Origin: the human T2T-CHM13v2.0 reference genome, Homo sapiens
Strand: one strand, 5' to 3'
Length of the DNA: 64,000 nucleotides
NCBI RefSeq assembly: GCF_009914755.1
Contig: NC_060934.1
Shown here: positions 30,975-45,542 of the stretch, piece by piece
Layout of the letters: each line of letters opens with the position of its first letter
How positions within the stretch are numbered: the first letter of the stretch is position 1
Program-made: the position numbers and the translations under genes
Notes under the pieces: generated by a model
Databases searched by the model: none
Seen by the model: the letters and a program-made list of their open reading frames with translations, nothing else
Told to the model about the DNA's origin: nothing

Positions 30975-33239
30975 TTCCACATTGTTCTTATTAAGGTCTT
31001 ATTATTAAACTTCCTTGTTCTAAGTTATTCAGTTTATTGAAGTCCTACCTTTATCATCCTTCTACAGAACAGCCAGTCAATACAATCTCCAGTGTACAGT
31101 CAGTGTTGACACTCTACACTGGAGTGGCATAGACACTTTATTTCCAATTTTATTGGCACTTTTGTTCTCACCTGAAATGCTAGCTTGAGATGACCTCTGA
31201 GTTCTCTTTCTCTTTCTCCTATCTGGTGGGAATGCCAGATTCGCTTATTGGTTAAATATATCTTCCACTGGGCTTTTTTTTCCCCCTCCTGTTACTTTAT
31301 TTGATTACCTGTCATATAATTGCTGGCCTGATATAAAAATGTAAGCTTCTGGGGTCAGCTAAGACTTGTCTGATCTTAGAGAATTAGACTACTGAGAAAG
31401 GCCAAAAGACTAGCATCAAGCCCAAAGGAAGAGTGGCAACTACATATCTAATGGGAGTTGAGCAGAGTGGTGAAGAACGTTTAACCTACAGTCAGTTACA
31501 GAGCCCAGGTGAAACAGTGTTCACTTTCAATGAATAGTTAGGTAAGAAATAAGTTAAGATCTGTCCAATTATGGCATAATAAACAATAAGGAGGTTCTTC
31601 TTCCAAGAAACTTGTGATAGTTTGCTAATGTTCAAGGCTGGGCTCCAGATTCCAGAGGAAGATCATGAGGTTAGAGCCAGGTGTGAAGAACCCAAGGAGT
31701 GGAAGATGAGAAGCCTGGACAGTCATGGTGGAACGTGAGGCTGGTGAGGAACACTAATGCTGGAGGTTCACACTGAATCTGCTCACCTCCAAGTAAACAG
31801 AGCACCACTAGATGTTAAAGCCCAAGAATATAGCCTTAAGGGAAGGAGCCATTCTGATATATACATGTGTTAAAAGTCTTAATCATTCAGTGGAATTTTA
31901 GGACCAAATTTTAGTGTTGATGGGACTATATGTGCTTAGAGGACAGAAAAGAGTTACACAGGACCATATGCACTGGCGGGAAATGGTAGTTTCTATGTAA
32001 TGTGCAGGTGGTTTCCAAGAGATTAAAGTTTCATTAAGGACATAAAAGCTACAGACAAAAGTTTGTTTCTTCTATTGACTTGGACATAGGCAGGCCACTG
32101 CACATTCACTTCTTGCCATACACACTGTTATTGGTGATAAATGAAATGACATAGAGCACATAGCACCCTCACCAACTCACTGAGGGCAAAACATCTGGAT
32201 AGCTGCAACTATGAAAAAACATTGAAAATACTAATTTTTTTTCTCTTCCTCCTTGGCATTCTCTTAGACTCTTCCTCTCACAACTCTGTCTCTAGGAGTG
32301 CCTCTCAGCCCTCTCTTTCTCTCTGTCTTATTTCTTCTCCATTCTTTTCTCTTTTCTGTTTCAGAATTCCTGAGGGAGGGTGTATAGGAGGTTGCTACTT
32401 ACCAAGAATCAGATGAAACAGCCAAAGCCCTGGTGCTTTAGGATCAGCAACTGTGTGAGCATCTGTGCTTGCCCTTTATGTATGTACCTGTTACCAAACA
32501 CACCATATCCTCCAGAGGATCTGACCTTCCCGAAGAACTGCCCAGGACTTTCTCTTCAGCCTCCGTCTCTCCCACTTCTGTTTACGTTTCTAGGTCCTAT
32601 GTCCCGGGTTCTCCTAATGTCATACTGGGCTAATGACAGCCATAGGTGGGTTTAGTGCCATGTGTCCAAACCAGTGACTTTCAGTTGATTTTTGACTTCA
32701 GGAATGACTGTTTAAAATAAAATTAAGGGAGAAGTTCCGAGACAAGGGTTCAAGTACCACTGAGTCTGCTAGCCCTCACTTTTGACAACCTCCAAGAAAA
32801 AATCTATGTAATTCTTAACAGCTCTGTGGTGAATAATTTAAAAAACAATTAATGACTATAGAATGTTATAAACTGCTATGTTTAACAACAAAGAAGGCAT
32901 GTCCTTTTTCATGAAAAAATAGTTATGATGTTTGATACACATTTGTATACCTTGAAAATTTTATTTTAAAAATAAATGTATGTGATTTAGGGGAAAACTA
33001 GTTTTAGTTTTACCATAACCATAACAATGACTGTTGTCATTATTTTGTTTTAAAAATGTTTATTGAGTCTTTTATAGAATTTTATACAGAAATCATTTTA
33101 GGTGAAAAACTACTTTCTTTCATTGCTAAAAACAAATATCACATTTTCATGGAAAATGTTCAGAAGAGATAACAAAAAAGAGAAACAAGTACAATTACAA
33201 TAAATTTCAGTTTCACGATATAAGTCTGTGCTCTTATTT

Positions 33240-33990
33240 TTCTCTACATACTTTATTAACTGGGAAAATAATTTTATAGCAACAAAAAGATTTTAAGTAT
33301 TCATATTACTTTATATTATTTTTTGTAATATATTTCTTATCTAAATGCATATGTAGTTTATTAAAATTGTAGTCATAATGCCCACAAAATTTTTTTTCTG
33401 TATTTTTACTTAATCTGTTATACAATTTTAAAATTATTTTTAATAACTGCACAAAATATTATTGAAGCAATATGCTGTAGTTAATTATTCCCATATGTTG
33501 GACATTTAATTGTCTCAAATTTGTCATCACTATTTTGTAATGAACTTTAAAAAATACATTTTTCTGTATTTTGGATTACCTCCTTAGATTCTCAGAAGTG
33601 GTACTACTGTGTTAAAGACTCTAATATATTTTATTGTCTGGACATAAACTGCCAATTTGCTACCCATTAATATTGTGGCAATTCATGATGACAGCTACCC
33701 TGTAGAACAAATCAGTTTCATGAAAAACTTTCAAGTACTTATTATTGTTATTTCCAATTTTAGCTAACATAGTATGGCTATAATAGCGTTACATTTCTGT
33801 TTTTTAAAATGTGTTTTAATACATCTAAAATTAGATATTTAGTGAACTGTTCACCTACTATTAGTATTTCTTCTCTTGTTGCATTTCTGTTTACCATATC
33901 AATTAATATGGCCTTTTAGTATTAAATTTATATTTCTTAATGATTCCTTAATGTCCTGTGTAATCTTAATAGTTTATTTTCACTTTTATT
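33240..33990 (-). mobile_element. Ancient L1ME fragment
   Basis: Antisense motifs gttggacatttaattgtctc and cttagattctcagaagtgg. Confidence 0.55.
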
Positions 33991-34004
33991 TCAGTTTTAT
34001 ATCA

Positions 34005-34480
34005 AATTTATTTACTTAATACTTATTAAAATTGTATGTGCAAGGTATCATGCTAGTTACTTTGAATAACCTGGGGAACTAAATAGATGTGGCTCCTCCC
34101 TTTCCATTGTAAAGTGGGAGACAAAAACTAAATAGCCAAACAAATAAATTGTTGTATTTTTGGAAAAATGCAATGAAAAAATTTAAAAGGTTCTGTGATA
34201 GAAAATTAGGAGAGGAAAAGATCTACTTCAGACAAGATAGTCTTGCTGAGAAGATAGCATTGAAGGTGAGGGTAGGAAGACAAGTAAAGACGTGGAGGGA
34301 CAGTTTTTCAAATATTAGGTAGATCAAGGGCAAAAGCCCAAATTTTGGAATGAGCATGGAAGCTTTGATGTACATGTAGACCACCATATCTGGTGAAAAG
34401 TGAGCCAGGAAAGGCCAGTAGGGGATGAAGAAGCAGAGATGAGACCACATGATTCATTGTAGACTAGGACAAAATAAAAA
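34005..34480 (-). mobile_element. L2 fragment
   Basis: atacttattaaaattgtatgtgcaaggtatcatgctag and downstream purine-rich L2 antisense motifs. Confidence 0.65.
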
Positions 34481-34484
34481 GAGT

Positions 34485-37400
34485 TGACTTGTAAAAATGG
34501 TGGAATAAGAACCTCTGAAAATTCTCTCCTTTGTAAAAAATCAATAAAAAAAGCCGACAAAATTAGCTAGAATAATTTTTTAAAACTCTGGAAATTTTTT
34601 AAATCAATCTGGAGAGCATGTATTCAAGTGAAATTATTGAATCTCAGTAACAGCAATGAGTTTTGTGACATTTTTAACTTGCCCTGTTCCAGTTTCTCTC
34701 TCCAGTTCGATGGTAGACTTGAAAACCAACAGCCTACACTGACACTGTAAATCTGTTGCCTAGCAGCCACCAAAGAGAGCAGAATGGAGTTCTTTCAAAG
34801 GCTCATTCCCAGAGAACTGTCATTATTTGACTTTTCTGATGGTTCCCCTTAGGCAGCCCCTTCTTATAAGACTGTCTTTATTTCTCTTGACAGTAGCTCA
34901 CCCAGGGTGAAAATTTCTTTCCTTCACGGCATTTTCTAAGAATATTTAGAGGCAATCCTTTAAATGTATGGCAGCTTAAGGCTATGTAGTACAACTAGGA
35001 AAAACAATAGGTTGACCAGTACACTTGAAAGGAAAATCTGAGGAACAGAAGGGCTTTAAAAAGTTCTGAGATATTCCTGGGAATATAGAAGGTTACACAC
35101 ATACATAGGCATGCACACATGCCCAGGGCTGTGTACATGTTCACAAAAGACCTTAGAAGGTCCCAAGCTTTTACTTTTGGTTAGCAGTGAGGCTCTGCAT
35201 AAATAGGAAGTAAGGCTAAAGCGGACTTGTCAGCTGCATAGAAGAGAGTTGAAGGCATCTCCTAACATTTGCACAGAGACTACTGCAAAGACTGGGAGAC
35301 TTAACTGGTATCAGGGATTTAAAAAAATATATCTGTTCAATCATTAGTGGACCATTAAGCTAACCAAGCAAAGACTTCAGTCACCACACCCAACAAAGAC
35401 TACAATATTTAAAGAATAAGTTCAGAAAATTACTAAATAAATAATCAACAACAATTCTTGGGAGTGAGGAGAAGTGATTTCCAGAATTGTAATACTGTAT
35501 TATATAAAATGTCCAGTTTTCAACAAAAAATTATGAGACATCCCCAAAAAGAATATATGGTCTCTATGTAGGGGGAAAAGCCTTTAATAGAAAGTCTCTT
35601 AGAGAAAGGGAAATGTTGTCTTAGAAGAAAATAATTTTAAATCAGGTATTTTAAGCATGTTCAGCAAACTAACCAAAACCATGTCTAAAACACAAATGAA
35701 ACATAAAATAATAAAGTCCCATCAAACATAAATTACCAATACAAAAATAGAAATTATTTAAAAAAAATAGAAATTCTTGAGTTGAAAAGCACAAAAACTA
35801 AAAGTAAAACATTCAGTAGGGTGACTCAAGAGAAGTTTGAATCAGGCAGAAAGAATTTTAACTTAAAGTTAAGTCAGTTAAAAAATCCTATCTAAAACAG
35901 AAAGTAAAAATAATAAAGAAGAAGGAACATAGCCTCAGAGATATATGGTACATCATCAAGCATACCAACATCTGCATGGTGGGAGTCCCGGAAGAAGAGA
36001 AGAGGAAGAAATAGGCTGAAAGAGTGTTTACAGATATAATGACTACAAACTTCCTAAATTCAATGCAAAACATAAACCCTACATTGTGTTAGTCAGGGTT
36101 CTCTTAGGACAGAACTAATAGGATATATATATGTGAGATATATGTATATATCTCAAAGATATATATGAGTTTATAAGTTTTATTTTATAAGAGTTTATTA
36201 AGTATTAACTTACACAAGATTACAAGGTCCCACAATAGGCTGTCTGCAAGCTGAGCAGCAAGGAGAGCCAGTCCAAGTTTTAAAGCTGAAGGACTTGGAG
36301 TCTGATGTTCAAGGGCAGGAAGAATCCAGCATTGAAGAAAGATGTAGACTGGGAGGCTAGGCCTGTCTCTCCTTTTTACATTTTTCTGCCTGATTTGCTG
36401 GAAGCTGATTATATTGTGCCCACCAGATTAAGCGTGGATCTGCCTTCTCCAGCCCACTGATTCAAATGTTAACCTCTTTTGGCAACACCCACACAGACAT
36501 ACTCATGATAAATACTTTGTATCCTTCAATCCAATCAAGTTGACACTCAGTATTAACCATTACATACATATTTAAGAAGCTCAATTAATTCCAGTAAGAT
36601 AAACTGAAACAAATCCACACCTAGACATATCATAATTAAACTGTTAAAAAAATAAGGAAAAAGAAAGTCTTGAGTAGCAAGGAAGAAGCTACACAATGCG
36701 TACAAGAGAGCATCAGCTATATTAACAGCTGATTAATTATCATAATAAATATATATTTATAAATACAAAGCCAGAGAGAAGCAGAATGGCACATTCAAAG
36801 TGCTGAAAGTAAAAGATTGACAACCAAAAATTTTATACCCAGCAAAACTAATCTTCAATAATGAAAAATTAAAACATTCACAGATTTAAAAAAAAAAAAT
36901 AGAGAATTTGTCAATAGTAGATCTTCCTTCAAAAATGCTAAAGGTGACTAGTAGGTAAATATAAAAGAAAAAGTAAGTGATTTTCATGTTTATAACTATT
37001 TTTTCCCCTATCTGACAAAAAGACAAGTTCATAAAGCAATAATTATATATCCGTGCTGATTGACATATAATTTATAAAGACACAATTTGTATAGTGATAA
37101 AAGCACAAAGGAGGGAGAAGGAATGAGCCAAGTAGGAGAAAAGATTTTGTTAATTATTAAGCTTAAATTAGTATTGACACAAAGCAGATTGTTATAAATT
37201 ATGATATACATTGTAATCTCCAGGGCAACCACTATAAACATAATTCAAAAAATGGTAAAAGAAACAATGAAATTAATGCACTAGAAAATAACTATTTAAC
37301 AAAAAAAGTCTATAGTAGAGGAAGCATGGGGAGAAAAGCTGTAAGACATATAGAAAGCAAATATCAAAATAGAAGAGGTAAATCTTACATTATAAATAAT

Positions 37401-37778
37401 TACATTAAATATAAATAAATTAAAGAACTCCAGGAAAAAGACAGAGATATAATTGATTTAAAAAAGTCAAACAATATGATACAAATACGTGCTGACTACA
37501 AGTTACATAATTTACATACAAAACCACAAATATGTTAAAGGCAAAAGGAGGAAAAAAGATATATATTATACAAGCAATAATCAAAAGATCGTCAGCTTAA
37601 TTGTATTAAAGTTAGGCAAAATGGACTTTCACAAAAAGCCAAAAAGATAAAACTTGATGCTAGAGACAAAAAAATGACATTTTATAATAATAAAGGGAAA
37701 ATTTATCAAGGCAATATGACAATTATTGGCATGTAGACAACTAACAGCAGAGTCCAAAAATACATGAAGAAAAAACAT
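34485..37778 (+). mobile_element. Old L1M 5' UTR, ORF1 and start of ORF2, interrupted by MLT2A
   Basis: ORF1 motifs agcctcagagatatatggtacatcatcaagcataccaaca and ttataccc agcaaaacta. Endonuclease-region motifs at 37.4-37.8 kb. Confidence 0.75.
36085..36564 (-). mobile_element. MLT2A (A1-like) HERV-L solo LTR
   Basis: tgtgttagtcagggttctc...aaggtcccacaataggctgtctgcaagctg...caagttgacactcagtattaaccattaca. 5-bp TSD tacat (36080-36084, 36565-36569). Confidence 0.92.
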
Positions 37779-37854
37779 GTTATAATATCAATCACTTCCA
37801 AAAGATTCTGCCTGCTCTCTTATTATTCCTCCTGCCCTCTTTATTAAATGTTAT

Positions 37855-39505
37855 ATAATTAATTAGTATTATTTGTAATAATATTTAATGTAAGATATGC
37901 CTGCCTAGCAAATTTTTAAGTTTACAATACAGTGTTGTTAACTATAGGCACTGAAGAAATGAAAATGAGCATAGGCACTATGCTATACTGTAAATCTCTA
38001 GAATTTTATCTTACATAATTGAAAGTCTATACTGTTTAACTAATATCTTTCCATTTGCCCTTCCTCCCATCCCTTGCAAGCACCATTTTATTCATCTGTT
38101 TCTATTAGTTTGACTATTTTAGATTCCTTATATAAGTGGCATCATGCAGTATTTGTTCTTCTGTGTTTGACTTCTTTTTCTTAGTATGTTGTCCCCCAGT
38201 TTCATTGTTGTAAGTGGCAGAATTTCTTTTCTTATAGCCGAATAATATTCCATTTTTAGGTATATACAGCATTTTCTTTATTCTTTCATCTATTGATGAA
38301 CATTTACATTGCTTCATGCATTGACTGATATGAATAATGCTGCAATGGACCAGATAGTGCAGATATCCCTTCCAGATTCTAATATCAATTCCCTTAGATA
38401 CATACCCTAAAGTGGGACTGTTGGGTGGTATACTAGTTCTATTTTTATTTTTTTTAGAAATCTCAATACTGCATTTCATAATGGCTGTACCAATTTACAT
38501 TTCCACCAACAGTGTAAAAGGGTTCATTGTGCTCCAGAGCCTTGTCAACAACTGCCGTTTTTTTGTCTTTTTAATAATAGTCATCCTAATAGAAATGAGG
38601 TGATATTCATTGTGGGTTTGATTTGCATTTCCCTAATGATTAGTGGTGGAGAGCCTCTTTTCATATAAACCTGTTGATTATTTGTATGTCTTCAGTGTAG
38701 AAATATCTATTCAGTTTTTTTCCATTCTAAACTGACTTATTTAAATAAATAAATAAATAAATTATTATTTGCTCTTGAATTGTAGAAGTTAAAGAGCTAA
38801 TATTTAAGATATATAGGAACTCAGATACATAAGGTTTGCAAATACTTTCACTTATTTCATAGTTCACCTTTTCATTTTGTTGATTGTATTTCATTGCAGT
38901 TATGAGGTTTCTTAGTGCAATGTGATACCACTTATTTTTGCTTTTGTTGCTGTGCTTTTGGTGTCGTATTCAAGAAATAATTGTGAATCATTGCTTGCCA
39001 AGACAGATTTCTCCTGTTTTCTTTTGGAAGTTTTATGGTTTAAGATTTTAAATCTTCAATACACTTTAGTTTGATTTTTGTATATAAGATAAGGGTTCAA
39101 TTCCATTTTTTGCATGTGAATATCCAGTCTCCTGATTACATTTATTGAATAGACCATCTCTTGCCCATTGTGTATTCTTGGCACCCTTGCTAAATATGAG
39201 TTTACCATATATGTGTAGGTTTATTTCTGGTCTCTCTATTCTGTTACATTGGTCTATGTATCAGTTTTTATACAAGCATCATACTTACATTGATTACTCT
39301 AGCTTTGTAATATATTTTGAAATTAGAAAGTATAACGCCTCCAGCTTTGTAGTTTTTGTCCAAGATTGTTTTGACTATTTAAGGTCTTCTGTGGTTCTAT
39401 ATGAATTTTAGGATTAAAAAAATTTTCTGTAAAAAAAGCCACTGGGATTTTGATAGGGATTGCATTAAATTTGTAGATTGCTTTCAGTAGTACAAACAAT
39501 TCAAC
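37855..39505 (-). mobile_element. L1MA (MA8/9-like) 3' portion
   Basis: Antisense 3' end caaatttttaagtttacaatacagtgttgttaactatagg. ORF 39323-39565 includes KAIYKFNAIPIKIP. Confidence 0.85.
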
Positions 39506-39529
39506 AATATAAATTATATAGTGCTTTAA

Positions 39530-40570
39530 GTCACCAAATTTCAGTGTAGTTTGTTTTGCAACCAAAGCTAACTTTTAAAAGTGGGCTCCTAGGAGTGGGA
39601 GGTCTGCCATAATGGAAACATAAAATATTTAACATTGTTTTCAAGATTGGGTGATAGGTACAGGCTAAACAAAGTGAAATAAAGCCAGGTAGTAAAAACT
39701 GGAAAAAATGTGAATACACTTAGTGGATACTGAAAAAAAATTACAAAAAATTGCTATAGCAGGATAAAATAACATGATATATGCTCTGTAGCAGCATATA
39801 AACTGGCAAAATGATTGATTTTGGTAATTAGAAGATAGAAAATGTACCTAATATAATTTAGCTATGTACTATCTGTAAGACAGAGTGCTAAAAGTGTAAT
39901 TGGCTTATTTCAGCTACGTAAAATGTAATGTGATGAGAGAAATGTGCTAAGAAGAAAACTACTCTGTTTGCAAGAATATAGAGGAAATCAGAGAAGAGTT
40001 AGTTCTTGTTGGTTTTGAAAATAAAACTGTTTTGGATTTTGAGGTTTTCCAGGCAGCAAAATATTATCCAGGTGAGAAGTTATCTCAATGGAAAGATCAA
40101 AATGAATTATTTTAAGATCCTTTGTTAAGGCCCAACAAAGATAAGGTAGTGCTTGGTGATTTTCTCAGTTCTACCAAAGAGCATCCAAAAATTTAAGTGT
40201 TGTCCTGTAGTACCCTGATATGCCAAAGAGGAGAGAAGCCTGTCTCAAGACGAGTTGTGGATATGGGTTTTGCTGAATGTAGTAGATTCAAGTCAGATAC
40301 CTAGGACACCTGCAAAGTCGTTAAAGTAGTTGTAATCAATAGAGCACTGACAGTTTGAACTAAAAGGAATTGTGATTGTTCAAATTTCAGAAAGCTTCCT
40401 GGGCTCTCAACTTTCTACAGGTAGCAAGAAGTCTAAAATCCTATTTAACTGCAAAGAGAGGCCATTTTATATGGGAAAGGAAGACATCTCAGATCAGAGC
40501 CAAGAGCTGGCAACAATGGACTGTCAGGGTGAAATAGAGAGTAATGGAATGGGGAATCACCCAGGCAGCG
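39530..40570 (+). mobile_element. Degenerate MLT1 LTR end plus MLT1-int fragment
   Basis: gtagtttgttttgcaaccaaagctaact followed by aggagtgggaggtctgccata.. resembles an LTR/internal boundary. Confidence 0.45.
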
Positions 40571-41039
40571 GAAGTGCGTCCTTTCAGTTACTACTTCTCC
40601 TTCTGAGATCCACCAACTCCTCTGCCTTCATTACATTACTTTCATTCCTCTCCATCACTCAACTTGGTCCATGAGTTTTGGTAGAAGACCGCAGTCTCCT
40701 ATCACATTTCTCCCAAATATAATGCTTATGCAGAGACCTCTGCATCACCTTTAGGACTTGTGCTATTGCAAACCAAACCCAAGACCCTCTGACCCTAACC
40801 CACTCCAAATTTAACATCCCTTTACATTTGTTTTCCAAGGCAATGAACACAGTCTATTAGCTTGAATGAGCAAGGGAGAAAAAGTGAATTAATTTTCTGT
40901 AGGAAAGAAAAAAATGGCTAACATCTCAAAAATATTTTCGGGCAAAACTGACTTCTTATTATCTATTTTCAGTTCTACTCTTACATCTTCCAAAATATTC
41001 TTAAGGCTAATATATAGAATTCATCACATTTTTATATTA

Positions 41040-42847
41040 AAAATGGTTTATTTTAATGGAAAAATCAGAATTATGCATACTTATTGGGTACAGTGTGATG
41101 TTTTGATCTATATGTAAGTAATAGAAAGATTCAATCAGGTTAATAAACATCTTTCACCTCAGCAATTTATCTTACATATGTGTGGTGAGAAAGTTAAAAA
41201 TCTATTTTAGCAATTATGAAATAAACATTATTATTAACTGTAGTTACGATGAAATGAAAGAGCTCACTAGAACTTATTCCTCCAGTCTGATTGAAACTTT
41301 GTACCTTTTGATCAACATTATCCCTGCCCTTACTCCTCCCCTCCCCACCAGTTGCTGGTAATTATCTTTCTACTCGTGTTTTCTATTTCTTTTTTTTTTT
41401 AAGAATTTACATGTAAGTAAAATCATACAGTATTTGCCTTTCTGTGCCTGTCTTATTTCACTTAGCATTATTTCCACCAGTTCCATTCATCTTGTTTTAA
41501 AAGACAGAATTTCCTTCTGTTTAAAAATGTATGTTATTTCATTGTGTATACAGCACATTTTCTTTATCCATTCATTCACTGATGAACATTTAAGTTGTTT
41601 CCATAACTTGGCTATTACAATAATGCTTAAATAAACATGAGAGAACAGATATCTCTTCAACATGCAAATTTCAATTCCAGAAGTGATATGGCTGGATCAT
41701 ATGGTAATTTTGTTTTTAGTTTTTTGAGGAATTTTTTTTAAATGACTACGTTAATTTAAATTCTTACAAAGAATATACAAGTGTTCCCTTTTCTCCACAT
41801 CCTTGCTGACACTCGTTAATCATCTTTTTGATAGTAGCCATTCTAACAAGTATGAGTTGCTATCTCTTTGTGCCTATTAGTTAAATATGCATTTAACTAA
41901 TGATTAGAGATATTGAGCATTTTTTTCACATATCATTTAACTATTAATTTTTTGAGCAATGTCTGTTCAGATTCTTTGCCCATTTTTTAAATGGGGTTAT
42001 TTGTTTTCTTGCTATTGAGTTGTTTGTGTTGTTTATATATTTTTAGATATTTGCCCCTTCCTTACCAGATGCGTGGTCTGCAAATATTTTCTCTCAATCT
42101 ATAGGTTGTCTCTTTACTCTGTTTTTTTTTTTTTTTTTTGGTGTCCAGAAGCTTTTTAGTTTACTATAATCTCATTTGTCTATTTTTGCTTTTGTTGCTT
42201 GTGTTTTTGGAATCCTATCCAAAAAATTGTTGCCCAGACCAATATCATGGAGTTTTCCCTCTAGGTTTTCCTGTAGCAGCTTTACAGGTTCATGTCTTAT
42301 GTTTAAGTCTTTTATCCATTTTGAGTTGATTTTTTGTGTATGATGTAAGATAAAAGTCCAATTTCAATCTTCTGCATGTAGATATCCAGTTTTTCCAAAA
42401 TCATTTATTGAAGAGACTGTCCTTTCTCCATTGTACATTCTCGACACTTTGGTGGAAAATTAACTGACCATAAATATTTAAGTTATGTCTGAGCTTTCTG
42501 ACCTGTTCCATTGGTTCATGTGTCCATTTTTATGCCCCTGTTGTGATTACAAAAGCTTTATAATATATTTTGAAATCAGAAAGTGCGGTGTCTCCAGATT
42601 TGTTATTTTTGCTCAAGGTTTCTTTGGCTATTAAGGGTCCTTTCTGGTTCCTTACAAATTTTGGAATTTTTTTTCTATTTCGGTGAAAAATGACATTGAA
42701 ATTTTGATAAATTTGCATTGAATCTGTGGACCACTTTGGATAGCATGAACACTTTAACAATATTAATTCTTTCAATTCATGAAAATGATGTGTCTTTTTC
42801 ATTTATTTGTGACTTTTTCAATTTATTTCATCAATGTTTTATAGTTG
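41040..42847 (-). mobile_element. L1MA (MA6/7-like) 3' segment
   Basis: Antisense 3' UTR ggtacagtgtgatgttttga...ctagaacttattcctccagtctgattgaaactttgtacc. ORF2 remnant SDFKIYYKA (ORF 42530-42802). Confidence 0.88.
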
Positions 42848-43975
<1,128 letters not shown>

Positions 43976-44809
43976 TTAAATAGAGTCTCAGGACAGTTGG
44001 TAATAGAGCATTCTCAATATAATTGTAATTCAGGAACGCCTCAGGTGAAGATGCCATCTGAAAACCACTTGCCAACAACAGGAATACTATTTGGAAAGTA
44101 ATATTTAAATATTTGTGTTAATTGTCATCGCATATTCAGGAAGTTGAGGATTTTTCTTTTTGCTTCAGAAGATTTTATACTTATTTCAATGGGATTTAAA
44201 GAAAAGGTTTTTATAACACGTATTATTTCGACGATTTCTGGTTGCTTTCCTAAATGATCTTGTTCTACTTCTTCACAATTAAGAACATTCAGTGGTAATA
44301 AACTTGCCTACCTTCCCCACCCCACAGAGAAACACAATTTTCAAATGCTTTGAATTTAAAATGTAAGTCCGCTTACACTGGCATACCTCTGTTTATTTTT
44401 TTATAGAACTATTCTTTCTCTGTGGGCTAATCAGAAATGTGATTGGGTTTGCTGCTGTGATCTGTGCATGCCCTAGGCCACATTCTCACTGATTTCACTG
44501 AGTACTTAATTTTAATAAGAGCAGTAACACACAATTCTTACTTTCTACTTCAGAGTCCTAGTCTCTGTATTTAGTTAAGATGAGATGGTGATTTCAGTAC
44601 TTAGGTGGACATTAATTGTGTAGAATCTTTTATTTCTCATGATGCCTCATGTTTCTTACTTTTTATCTCTCTCAGATGTCAAACAACAATCTGCACTTAA
44701 TTAGATGTGAGGACGGCTCATGAGATCTTTCTCTCCTGACCCACAGCTGAGTCTCCTTCTTTTCCACACCCAAAGCCTCTCTTTGTTGACCTTTTATGTA
44801 GCTAAATAA

Positions 44810-45210
<401 letters not shown>

Positions 45211-45542
45211 GGCCCAACACTTTTGAAGTGAAGGAGTCAGAAAGTTTTTTCAATAAAGGAAAAAAAAATTACTTGCAAAAAATGATAAATAATGTCTCTT
45301 ACTAGCTTGTCAAATCTACATTCTAACAAACATATTTTTATGATTGCTAGACATGCTTCAGGCATCCATGGCTGCTCACATATACAAGTTTGATTCCGAG
45401 CAAAAGAAAAAAAAACATTGGAATCTTCAGATGAGAGTTCTAAGGATGTTTGCTTTTTCCTATAAGATAGGACAAGACAAATTGGAGTTAATCTAGGTAA
45501 ACAGATTTGCTGGGAAAATCTGGTTATTACCTCCATTCAGGA

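Noticed and set aside
31800-31822. CTCF-like motifs (also near 185 and 58105)
   Set aside because: Each mismatches core positions and cannot be supported without ChIP data.
37770-37860. Possible third L1 inversion at the plus/minus L1 boundary
   Set aside because: The abutting pieces are an endonuclease region and 3' UTR ends, not adjacent in L1 coordinates, and I see no TSD.
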